A DNA stretch of 64,000 bases from the NCBI GenBank assembly GCA_025558095.1, contig JAIVFI010000029.1:124001-188000 (forward strand), read 5' to 3'. Below, piece after piece: positions 45,517-55,357 of the stretch. The notes beneath the pieces are model-generated. The model did not search any database. It worked only from the letters and a program-made list of their open reading frames with translations, and was not told the origin of the DNA. The position numbers were made by a program, and so were the translations under genes. Source of the DNA: Hyaloraphidium curvatum SAG 235-1. Lineage: Eukaryota > Fungi > Monoblepharomycota. The first letter of the stretch is position 1. The number at the start of each line of letters is the position of its first letter.

Positions 45517-45879
45517 TTTCCGCGTAGGACCCGGATCCGCTCCGTCAGGCTGCGTTGCGCTTAATTCCTGGTCCTTATTGCGGGCGCAACGGAATGCGGG
45601 GCGCCTCAGCAAGCGGGGGTTCGGCGGCGGGAGCGTGGGGCGCGGCGTAAACAAGCGACGCCTGAGGCGGCACCCTGAGGCCGAATCGGCGCGCAGCGGG
45701 CGGGGAATTCGGATCGGAATGATCGGACCGGCTACACGGCGCTTCCATCCATACCGCACGTTCAGCTGGAAACGGGGGCAAGGCAGGCCATCTCGATGGT
45801 GAGCCAGATCCTCAGCCTCCGCCCGTGCCGCGCGATCATCTCCAGCTCCCCCCGGCGTCCCCTTCGTCGGCGCCCGCTC

Positions 45880-46205
45880 TTCACGTCGTCCACAGGCATC
45901 GCCGATGCTACCGCGCTGGCGACTTTTCGAGGGTTCCTGGGACGCAACGGCACGTCATTCCCTCGAGACCCCTCCGCACACCGCAGGTCCCCCACGCCGC
46001 TGACATCCTCCGCCCGGAGCACGTCCTTTTCGTCGCGCTTTCCACCGCGCTGGTCGCTGCAGCTGCCCTGCTGGCGGGGGCGAGGTGCCGCCCCTGTCCG
46101 CCGACAGGTCGAGGACACAGTACTGGTTGGAGCGCGTCCCTTGCGGACCTGTCAACGCGGAGGTAAAGGCCCTGACCGTCCTACTTCCCAGCGAATTCTC
46201 CCAGA
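45880..46205 (+). repeat. Degenerate tandem copy of the promoter, exon 1 and intron 2 of the downstream secreted-protein gene
   Basis: ggacgcaacggcacgtcattccctcgagacccctccgcac is shared with ~46322. cagtactgg..cctgtcaacgcgg..ttcccagcga is shared with 46629-46704. Confidence 0.8.
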
Positions 46206-46398
46206 GGTTTGAAAGGAGGCGGAGGAGAAGGGGCGCCCGCTTTTCAAGGCGTCCGCAAGCGTCGCCATCGCACTGGCGATCGCCGGGACGCAAGGGCACG
46301 ACATTTCGAGGGTGTTTCCTAGGACGCAACGGCACGTCATTCCCTCGAGACCCCTCCGCACGACCCCCACGCCGCGACATCCTCCCCCCGGCCCGCCG

Positions 46399-47248
46399 AT
46401 GTTCCGGCGCGTGGAGCACATCCTTTTCGCCGCGTGGTCCGCAGCGCTGATCGCCGCGGCCGTCCTCCAAGCGGAGGCGAGGTGCGGCCACCCCGGTCGT
46501 TCGCCAAGCAAACGAGGACACCCCTGACCCGCATGCCCCGCAGCCCCATCGCGGCCGACGAGCACCCCTCCAGGACGGAACACCTCGGCGCTGTGTTCCA
46601 ACGCAGCTGCGGGGACTGCGGTGTGGACCAGTACTGGTGGGAGCGTGTCCCCCACGCGCCTGTCAACGCGGTGTTGACAGCCCGGCTGTCCTCCTTCCCA
46701 GCGAGTTCTCCTACCCGGGAGCACCTGAAGATCACGTTGCGTGCGTCGAGTACGGCGGAGCCCGGGACCACGGTCTCTACAGGCGCTACGAAGAAGTTAC
46801 GGTGAGCTCCGTGCCGTCGGCAGCCTTCCGAGTTACCTGACTGACGCTCGAGGACACCAAACAGCCCGTGGTCATGCTTTACACCTCCGGCACCTCACTG
46901 ACCAAGGGAGCTCAGGTGACGATCCCGGGACAGCTTTCCAGCTCGGGCCAGGCCATCACGCAGACCTTCACGATCTCGGCCACCGGCTCCGTGGTCGTCG
47001 AATCCATCGAGATCGACCCGACCGACTGCACGCCGCTCTCCATGAGCCTAACCGGGACCCCGAGCTACCCCACGACCGTGCCCGATGGGGGATCGTTCAC
47101 CTTCCAGGTGGTCGCCCAGGTCACCGAGCTGGACTACCCCATCGAGGACACACCGGCTGCCACGATGACCGTAGTCGCCCCCAGCGGCGTCCGGGACCCG
47201 CCCTACACGGTCACCGTCTCGGCGGCGTTCACGCCCCTGCCGACGTGA
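46399..47248 (+). CDS. Small secreted protein with a Cys-containing N-terminal part and a beta-rich (Ig-like) C-terminal domain; 4 exons
   Basis: Introns at 46482-46543, 46637-46701 and 46802-46864 all keep frame. Signal peptide MFRRVEHILFAAWSAALIAAAVLQAEA. Confidence 0.7.
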
Positions 47249-47682
47249 TCGGGTCGAACTGCAACGGCTCCGTTGGAAGCTCGTGACCGGTTGATTGGAT
47301 GTAGCGACGCGGTGTAGCGGAGGAAACGTTGCATCTCGTTCCATGCAAATGCCATATACAATCGCCTGGAGATTGCTTCGTGTTCGACTGCGTGTCCGAC
47401 CCTGAGTCGCAGCACGCCATTCCAGGGCGGGCCATCCCGCCGGGCACGGCCAGCTGCAGGACATTGCCCGCGGACAAGCATGGAAGCGAACAGGAAACCG
47501 ATGTTGACATGTAAAGGCAGGATCGCGGCGGGAGATCGGGGGAGAGGGGCAAAACCTTCCTTCCTCTCCAGATGCCCCGAGCTGCTTCTCCATTGGCCGG
47601 ATGCCGGTGGATGGATCGGATCGGATTATCCGGGACGGCTACATGGCGCCCCCACCCCTCTCTTTCCCCCTCGCAATGCGCG

Positions 47683-49000
47683 TCACGGGATGAACTCGTA
47701 CATGGCCGGCGAGGTCGGCGCGATGTCTTCCCTCGTCGTCAGCACGGATCGCCATCCCGGCAGCAACGCCGCACCCACCCTGCATGAGCCCGAAATCGTA
47801 CAGCCCGGCGCCGAACAGCCCCCCCAAGACGGGCGCCACGATCGGCACCCAGAAGTAGTAGCTCGTGCTCGAGAAGACCGCGGAGCCGTAGATGATGGCC
47901 GAGAAGCAGCGCGGACCGAAGTCGCGGGCCGGGTTGAGCGCGGGGCCCGAGACCCAGTTGAACGAGTTGACCATCTGGAAGACGAGGAAGCCGACGGCCA
48001 GGGCGCCGTACGCGGTGGGGGGCGCATTCTTGGAGTCGGCGGTTGCGAAGACGATGGTGACCAGGCTTAGCCGTGGCAGATGGCTGCGTCAGCCGGGGTA
48101 GCCGGCGGGGCGCTGCGGTCTTACATGGCGGTGCCGACAAACTCGTTGATGAAGCCCGAGTACCAGCTGAACGGCGGTGGCGGGTAGGTTCCGAACACGC
48201 CCGCCGAGGCCTTGGAGCACGTGTTGGTGTTGGGCACGCCGTAGCACCCGTTGTCGAAGGCGGCAAAGGCGGGATAGTAGATCAGGTAGACGACGGCCGC
48301 GCCGATGAAGGCGCCGACGGTCTGCGCGAGGATGTAGCCGGGGACGTTGCGCCACGGGAAGCCGCGGAAGGTGGCCAGGACGATGGTGACCGCTGGCAGG
48401 GGTCAACAACAGTGGCCGACGGACAAGGGGCGGGCAACGCCTACCAGGGTTCAGGTGGCCCCCCGACACTCCACCGCACACGATGATCCCGAACATGAAC
48501 GCGAACCCGAACCCGAACGCGACCGAGAGGATGCCCCCCTTCTCCCCGCCGGCCAGCTCGACCTGCGCGACGGCCGACAGCGCCAGCGCGATGGTCACTG
48601 CCATCCCGATGGCCTCGCCAAAGTAGCCCTTGTAGTCCATGCGGAACCGCAGCCAGCCGCGGTAGTGGCTGTACGCGGTCGGCGCGGCCGACGGGCGGCG
48701 CTCGTCGGCCTCGGGCGGCATGGTCCCCGCCGGGAGGGGGCTCAGGGGCATCGCCGGGCCGTCCTTGCCGTCGCCGACGGGCTCGGCGGCGGCCATGCGC
48801 TGCGCCACGGCGCCGTCCTTCGCTCCATACTGGTCGACGATGGTCGTGCGGCCCTGCGCGCGGTACAGATCGAGCCTTAAATCCTTGACGTCGTCCTGCG
48901 CGTAGCCGCTCTGCTTCAGCGGCACGTCGGTCGGCGTCGAGAACGACGGGCGGCGTCCGCCGCCGCCGCCGGCCTCGGCGGGCTCGAGCTGGTCGGCCAT
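47683..49000 (-). CDS. Aquaglyceroporin (MIP family, GlpF-like); 4 exons
   Basis: SGGHLNP|AVT and ALNPARDFGPR (Asp after the second NPA-R), IFGxYP-like loop, YFWVPIVAP. Confidence 0.93.
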
Positions 49001-49485
49001 CGCGTTGGAAAGGCGGCCGGCGCGGTTGCGGCCAGCGGCAGGCGCGTGGGGCGATTCGGTGAGTGGCGCGTCGCGTCCCTGGCCAGGGTCCGTGATTTCG
49101 GAGGGCCACGAAAACGATCCCGAACAAGCGGGCCGCGGGCTCGAATCCCTCTCGAAACCCCGGCCCGAGCTTGTTGGTGAGCACAGCAAGGTGATGCGCA
49201 AGGCCAGACGGGGGATCGGGCTCAATGCGAACTTGTGCAACGCGAGGCGTCCGAGGATCTTGTGCGATCCTCCGCCCCGAATCGCGGGGAATCGCGCGGA
49301 TAATGGATCGGAGAGGACCCACAGATGCCGAATGGCTTTCGAAATGCGCGATTCTTCCGCTACCTGGATCAATTACCCGGTTCCGCAAGGAGTGTGGGGA
49401 CGTATAGTTAGGCCAACCTGAGTCACCAAAAACGACAACGAATCTGGACTTGCTCGGACTTCCATTCCAATAGCCTCAGGAACCG

Positions 49486-49830
49486 TCCGTCCGGGACAGG
49501 CCTCGGGTGCAATGCGTACACCGAATCACAGAGTTTCCAGGATCCCCAGCCTTGAGCTCGTCCGCGATCTCCCCGAAACTCGGCCGCGCCGCCGCATCCA
49601 ACGCCCAGCACCTCTCTGTGAGGGTCCACGTGGCGTCCGGGCAGCCGTACGGCCGCGGCGGGCGGAAACGGGGGTCGCTCCGGATCCGTTCCTTGAACAG
49701 GTCCGGGCCGAGGTCCCTTGCCTCCGCAGTAAGGGTATCTGGCCGTCTGTCGGGAGCTCCCACATGGTCATCCCGAAAGCGTAGACGTCCGTTGCGGTCC
49801 CCGGTGTTGGTTTCGGAACGGCAAAAGCTG
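49486..49830 (-). pseudogene. C-lobe fragment of a tyrosine-kinase-like protein kinase
   Basis: TDVYAFGMTMWEL (subdomain IX), a frameshift, then RPPRPYGCPD..CWALDAAARPSFGEI (XI). No HRD, DFG or APE motifs upstream. Confidence 0.8.
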
Positions 49831-49943
49831 CAGTCGCGTGCCCCTCCATCAGAGCGGATCGACAACATCTGCATATCAAGGGGAACGGGTTCGTCTGATG
49901 AACCCAAACTGAGGCCGACTAAGGAGAAATTGGAACTGAGCGC

Positions 49944-50066
49944 ATGGAACCCAAGATGGACTTCAAGCGGTGCGTGAGGTGCAAAAAGGCGCACTACTGC
50001 TCGGAGCGGTGCCAGAAGCAGGATTGGGCCCAGCACAAGATCTTTTGCGACAAAAGCTCCCGGTAG
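49944..50066 (+). pseudogene. Orphan 3' half of a zf-MYND gene
   Basis: MEPKMDFKRCVRCKKAHYCSERCQKQDWAQHKIFC lacks the first CxxC. 9 mismatches in 99 nt versus 34109-34011 (counted by eye). Confidence 0.8.
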
Positions 50067-50351
50067 TCGCTGTCTTTAGTCTTTTTTTGCTGACTGTGAA
50101 GCACGTTGCAACATCATCTTTGCTACGCTGTCAACGTTTCAGTTTGCCATGCGTCGTCAGTTCTGGTGCGACTTTGATGGGTCCAGGGCATGATCTTCCA
50201 CCGGGCAGGTGGCGGCGGGTCAACTCAACCAAGTGGAAGAACCGACACCGAGCGCGCACCTCCCCGCTCCTTCGCCGCGACCGCTGCGGGGCCCGCCGCG
50301 CAACGAGCGGGACAGCCGGCGCCGAGCACCTCCCCGCCACGCCGCCGCGCC

Positions 50352-52043
50352 ATGTCGAAGAAGACCGTGGTCGTCGTCGGCGCCGGCGCGTGCGGCCTCG
50401 TCGCACTCAAGGAGCTCCGCGAGCGCGGGCACGCAGCCGTCGCGCTCGAAAAGGGCCCGGCGATTGGTGGCGTGTTCAGGGACGACTTGCTCTACGAGAA
50501 CCTCTTCCTGACCATCTCCAACATGCTCATGGCGTTCTCGGACTTACCCCCCCGCGATCTGCGCGTCAAATTCAGCTCGGGGAAGGAGTACATGGACTAT
50601 CTCCGCGACTATACCGAGGCATTCGGGTTGGCGCCGCACGTACGGCTCAACACCAAGGTGACGAGGGCCGCGTTCGAGGGTGGCCGGTGGAAGATCACCA
50701 CCGCGACCTCCGCCGGCGCCGCCGAGGTGCTCGAGGCGGACGCCCTGATCGTCGCGACGGGCTCGAACCACATCCCGCGGGTCGTGGACCTGCCTGGCTT
50801 CGCCGGCAAGGTGATCCACTCGTCCGACTACCGCACCCCCAAGGACTTTGCGGGCCAGCGCGTGCTCGTTGTCGGCTCCGGCGAGAGCGCCTTCGACATC
50901 GCGACGGACGTCTGCGACCACGCGGCCTCGACGGCACTCTGGGCCCGGACGCCGATCGCGCCGGCGCCAAGGTTCCCGCTCAAGATCAGCTTCGACTGGG
51001 CGCACGACGAGCTCAAGGTCATGCAGGACGACGGGTACCGGGCCCGCGTTTCCGATGTCCTCGAGCTGATGACAACGTCGAGGATGGTCAATTCGATCAA
51101 CATGCACTTCTACTCCTTCATCCGCCACGCCATCTTCGCGGCATGCAGGATCGGCAACCCGGCATCTCGCCAGCTGAGCGCGTGGAACCGCCAGAACATG
51201 GCCGACGACGCGCTGCTCGGGGACCAGATCTCGGTGCCCACCAAGAGCGCGCGCCTGTGCACCGCGGCGGCCAAGGGTAAGCTCCGGGCGATCGTCGCCA
51301 AGAAAGCTGCCTTTGACGGTCAGCGCGTCAAGTTCACTGACGTGATCGACGACGGCAAGGGAGGCGCCAGGGACGTGCGGCTCGAAGGAATCGACAACGC
51401 CATCCTCTGCACCGGCTTTCGCACCGACTTCTCGTGGCTGCAGCTCGACGGGCTGGACTGGAGCCCGCGCACCTGGTACAAGCACTGCTTCCCCCCCGGC
51501 CACGGGGACAAGCTCATGTTCCTCGGCTGGGCGCGGCCCCACCAGGGCGGCATCCCGCCCTGCGCCGAGATGCTGGCCCGGTACATCGCGCTGATCCTGT
51601 CGGGGGAGCGCAAGCTGCCGGAGGACTACGCCGATCGTGCGGCCCGCGAGGGGATGGACGAGCACGCGTTCTACCAGCACGCGAGGCACTCGCCAAACGT
51701 CGTGGACTATCCGTCGTTCATGGAATCGGTTGCCAAGCTGGTCGGCTGCGCTCCCGAGACGCCGAAGCTTTCGCAGCCCGGCCGGCTGTTCAAGTTCTTC
51801 TGCTACCCGGGCTGGCCCGTCTGGTACCGCGCCAACGGCCCCGGTGCGAGGCCGGACGTGGTCGACAGGGTCATGAACGGGTTCCCGGTGCACAGCTCGT
51901 TCCTGCCGGACCCGTTCATCCTCATGGCATTGGGGTTTGCGGCGCTGCAGAAGGTGCTCGACCTCTTCCTGCCAAAGGGGGCCGGTTTCGAAGGGTGGTG
52001 GGGGTGGCGGCCGAAGAGGCATCTGCTGCACGGCAATGCATGA
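50352..52043 (+). CDS. Flavin-containing monooxygenase (FMO), intronless
   Basis: GAGACG, ATG, the FAGKVIHSSDY fingerprint, GSGESA and CTGF. Confidence 0.92.
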   Translation: MSKKTVVVVGAGACGLVALKELRERGHAAVALEKGPAIGGVFRDDLLYENLFLTISNMLMAFSDLPPRDLRVKFSSGKEYMDYLRDYTEAFGLAPHVRLNTKVTRAAFEGGRWKITTATSAGAAEVLEADALIVATGSNHIPRVVDLPGFAGKVIHSSDYRTPKDFAGQRVLVVGSGESAFDIATDVCDHAASTALWARTPIAPAPRFPLKISFDWAHDELKVMQDDGYRARVSDVLELMTTSRMVNSINMHFYSFIRHAIFAACRIGNPASRQLSAWNRQNMADDALLGDQISVPTKSARLCTAAAKGKLRAIVAKKAAFDGQRVKFTDVIDDGKGGARDVRLEGIDNAILCTGFRTDFSWLQLDGLDWSPRTWYKHCFPPGHGDKLMFLGWARPHQGGIPPCAEMLARYIALILSGERKLPEDYADRAAREGMDEHAFYQHARHSPNVVDYPSFMESVAKLVGCAPETPKLSQPGRLFKFFCYPGWPVWYRANGPGARPDVVDRVMNGFPVHSSFLPDPFILMALGFAALQKVLDLFLPKGAGFEGWWGWRPKRHLLHGNA

Positions 52044-52305
52044 GGTACGCGAAGCCGGTGGTGGAAAGAAGCATTGTAAATGCAGCGAGGGCGACGGCCT
52101 TCGCCTTCGAGGTGGTGTATTCGTTTGAATCCACTTTCGTGTCCCCAAGGGAGGCATCGGTGCTCGGAAAAGGGAAGCTGGGCTGTAGCATTTCTCAATC
52201 TTGTGCAAGCTGGCGGCGAATCCGCTGTTTGGATGGAACGGAACGTGACTCCGGTCCCGATGCGGCGCGTGGCGAAGCTGTCCAATGACTCCAACAACAC
52301 ACCGC

Positions 52306-54099
52306 ATGAAGACCGTGAAATCCCCGCGCCTGGGGCGACTGAGGCCACCCTGGACGACCGTGGTCCTTCTCCTTGCTGCGCTGTCCGCCCCCGCGGACGG
52401 GCAGGACTGCGGCAGCATCGGCTACTGGCTTAAGGAACGCGCTTCCGTCGCGGGGGTCTACTTCGACAAGCAGTCGTGCTGCCAATGGGACTTTTCCACG
52501 TCGCTGCCGCCGGGACAGCGCAAGACCTCGTGCAACGCCGATGGCGTCCCGGTGAGCCTCGTTTGGCGGGGCGAGCTGAACGGCACGGTCGACCTGGGCG
52601 ATATAGCGGGAATCGCCCACATCGACCTGTCGGGAAACCCGCTGTTGCACGGCCCGTTGCTGCCGGTCTCGCCGACGGCGTTCCGCACGACAAAGGCACT
52701 GAATCTGTCGGGCACGTCGCTCTCGGGCCGGCTGCCCCGGATGGACGCCTGGGCGTCCGGCCTCGAATCATTCGACGTCTCCAACACCCTTTTGACCGGT
52801 TTCCTGCCGCCCATGCCGCGAAACCTCTCCGTGTGCCGCGTTCCCCGCTCCGTTTGCTTCGACCCCCAATGCGAGTGGGCCGCATCGACGCCCGCCGCCT
52901 GCACGCAGGGCCTCCCTCTGTGTCCCGGCAAGGCTCCCGAGCCGCGTCCGCCCGCGGAAATCCTGCCCCCGCTGCGGCCGCACTGGGGCGACCTCCCGGA
53001 CCCGCTGACGGACCACGGCCTGCCGACGATAAGGGAGCAGTGCGAGGCTCTCCTGGAATACATCACCTTCCACGGCGCCGACGTCAACCGGACGGCGTTC
53101 CTGGAACATTCTGGTAGCGGGTCGTGCTGCAACTACCACCTACGAGGGGAGGAACTCAACTGGGTCTACTGCGGGCGGGACGATCAGGCCATCATCCGGT
53201 TGGAACTTGCCAGCCTCGGACTGGATGGCGACATCAACCAGCCGCCGAACACCATGTCGAAGCTAAAGGCCCTGGGGCAGCTGGACTTCTCGGGCACCAG
53301 GCTCGCGGGCAGATTCCCGACCTGGGTGCTCGGCATGGCTGATCTGCGCAGGCTGGGGCTCCGCGATACGAAGCTCTCGGGCCCCGTGCCGAACCTGACC
53401 CCGCTTGAGTCGCTCCGCGAGCTGAAAATCAGCAACAGTGCCTTCTCGGGCCCGCTGCCGGCGTTCCGGGGCCAGGAAGAAACGAACTGCTGGATCAGCC
53501 CGCAGAACGGGGCGGCGTGCTTCGCGCACGATCCAGAGTGGTCCGAGCCGGCTTGCGGCTCATACTACACGAACTACTACTACAAAAGCCCCGCGGTGCC
53601 GTTCTGCGACGACGTCCCGTCGGTGGCGGACACCGTGGTCCCCGATACGGACTGGCACTGCTACACCAATTCCTGCGGGTCCTCGATCCTCGTCAGAAGA
53701 GTGCAGAGTTTCCAGCAGGGCATCACGATGCAGTGCCTCGGCAACGGAAAGCCGCCCTACGGCAACAAGAGGACCGCGTGCCAGGTGTACAAAGACTCGG
53801 CGTGCACCGTCCCGACGCATGCTCCCAAGGGGACCGGCCCTGCCGACGAGGGCCCTGTATGCACTCAGGACGACACCTTCGGGGAAGCCGTCTGCTCCTG
53901 TGACGGGAATTGCCTGGGAGGTTGGTGCTCCATGTCTTGGCGTTCCTGGGGCATGGACGCGCCGGACGCGACGTCGATCTCGGCGACGGTAACGGCAACG
54001 GCGGTGCCGACGACGGCATCGCGGCCGTCCGGGGCAGGACATGCGCAGGGCGGGCTGATCGGGTTGCCAGCGCTTGTCTTGGCTTTCTCGCTCGCATGA
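52306..54099 (+). CDS. Secreted, probably GPI-anchored leucine-rich-repeat protein with a Cys-rich C-terminal domain
   Basis: Signal peptide, two CC-capped LRR blocks (LSGNPLLHGPL, LSGTSLSGRLP, FSGTRLAGRFP), Thr-rich stalk and hydrophobic tail. Confidence 0.85.
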   Translation: MKTVKSPRLGRLRPPWTTVVLLLAALSAPADGQDCGSIGYWLKERASVAGVYFDKQSCCQWDFSTSLPPGQRKTSCNADGVPVSLVWRGELNGTVDLGDIAGIAHIDLSGNPLLHGPLLPVSPTAFRTTKALNLSGTSLSGRLPRMDAWASGLESFDVSNTLLTGFLPPMPRNLSVCRVPRSVCFDPQCEWAASTPAACTQGLPLCPGKAPEPRPPAEILPPLRPHWGDLPDPLTDHGLPTIREQCEALLEYITFHGADVNRTAFLEHSGSGSCCNYHLRGEELNWVYCGRDDQAIIRLELASLGLDGDINQPPNTMSKLKALGQLDFSGTRLAGRFPTWVLGMADLRRLGLRDTKLSGPVPNLTPLESLRELKISNSAFSGPLPAFRGQEETNCWISPQNGAACFAHDPEWSEPACGSYYTNYYYKSPAVPFCDDVPSVADTVVPDTDWHCYTNSCGSSILVRRVQSFQQGITMQCLGNGKPPYGNKRTACQVYKDSACTVPTHAPKGTGPADEGPVCTQDDTFGEAVCSCDGNCLGGWCSMSWRSWGMDAPDATSISATVTATAVPTTASRPSGAGHAQGGLIGLPALVLAFSLA

Positions 54100-54619
54100 G
54101 GGGACAATTGCCAGGAGTGATGCGTTCGCGACTCCGATCGTCCACGTTGACCCCCGCGCCGCGCTTCAGTACGCGACAAGTCGTGGAGCACCTTCGACGA
54201 GGACGCGTTCGTGAGCGCGGTCGAGCGCCAGCTGCCAACGTGGGCGCGGGGGTCGACGCGCTCCTGAAAGTGCTCCGCGCGGAGCCGCCTTCCCCCACGG
54301 CGGAGGGCGCCCGCGATCGAAGCGGCGTGCGCGCCGGCGTTTCATGTGCAGGGCGCGAGCTCCTACATCCACCGAATGGCCCGTGCCGCGGACGCTGGCA
54401 TCGCCCCCAGGCGGATTGCTCGTCCCGTTCGTTGCCCAGCTAGGATTTGAAGGGAAGCCACGGACCGTCCGACGCCGCGCGCGGATGCCAGGACCACCGG
54501 TTCGGGGTACCGGCGCTCGGGAAAAGAGGATGCGAAGGATCTGACGGAAACAAACCTTGTGCTATGCAAACCTCTTGCTTAAGTCTAGAAAAGGTTGGAT
54601 AAGCGTTGCCACGCACATG

Positions 54620-54735
54620 GATCCCATCGCCACCCGTCCCGCACGATCCCATCGCCGGTCCAGGCGGGTCCACAATCCCATCGCCGTCCGTCCAGGGGTC
54701 CACGATCCCATCGCCGTCTGTTCAGGGTCCACGAT
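54620..54735. repeat. Minisatellite, 4 copies of a 25-30 bp unit (core ATCCCATCGCC...CAC)
   Basis: Units start at 54620, 54645, 54674 and 54704. Confidence 0.85.
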
Positions 54736-54819
54736 AACCCAAAGGAAAGCCGGAAAGGTGACCTGACCTCCGGTTCCCTCTCGACCGCCGCACCGTTCCC
54801 CGTATCGAACCGTCGGCAC

Positions 54820-55188
54820 ATGACCCCCTCCACTGAGCTCTCCTTCAAGGAGATCGCGGTCGGGACGACGGTGGTCTACCGAAACGACTCCCTCTTCTGC
54901 AAGGGCTCTGTGGACTCCATCGACCACGAGGGATGCCATCTCTCCACCGGCTTCCTCCTTCAGGGACACATGCAGGGTTCGTGGGCCGGAAGGCGTTCTC
55001 CGCAGACTCTGACGTCCGGCAGCCTACGCGGACGACGGAGTCAACGACGAGGCGATGCGCGGCTTCAACCAGGCGATCGTGCGCACGCTAGCGATGAACG
55101 AGGCCCGCAAGGTCGGGATGGAGGACGAGGAGGGGTGGGTGGAGGCCAGGATGCGCGAAGTCGAGGAGGCGCACCCGGGGTTGGTCTG
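54820..55188 (+). pseudogene. Possible degenerate small gene
   Basis: MTPSTELSFKEIAVGTTVVYRND.. in one frame and ..EAMRGFNQAIVRTLAMNEARKVGMEDEEGWVEARMREVEEAHPGLV* in another. Confidence 0.35.
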
Positions 55189-55357
55189 ATCTGACCAACA
55201 ACTGCTGCTGTTGGCCCTTCTGGCGCCTTACCTCGTTGTAACGTTGTGCTGTGCTTGAGAAGCAGTCTAGGGCCGTTGCAGTGCACGGTGTTCCCAATTC
55301 CTGTCCACGCATGTTCGTCCCTCTCGAGCCCACTTGGAGCTACGTCTCCTTCAAGGC

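Noticed and set aside
54571-54590. Second copy of the retroelement 3' end (cctcttgctt...ctag)
   Set aside because: Only ~10 nt match and the upstream UTR does not align, so chance is a sufficient explanation.
54620-54735. CRISPR array
   Set aside because: The variable parts are short and homologous to each other, there are no cas genes, and the context is eukaryotic. It is a minisatellite.
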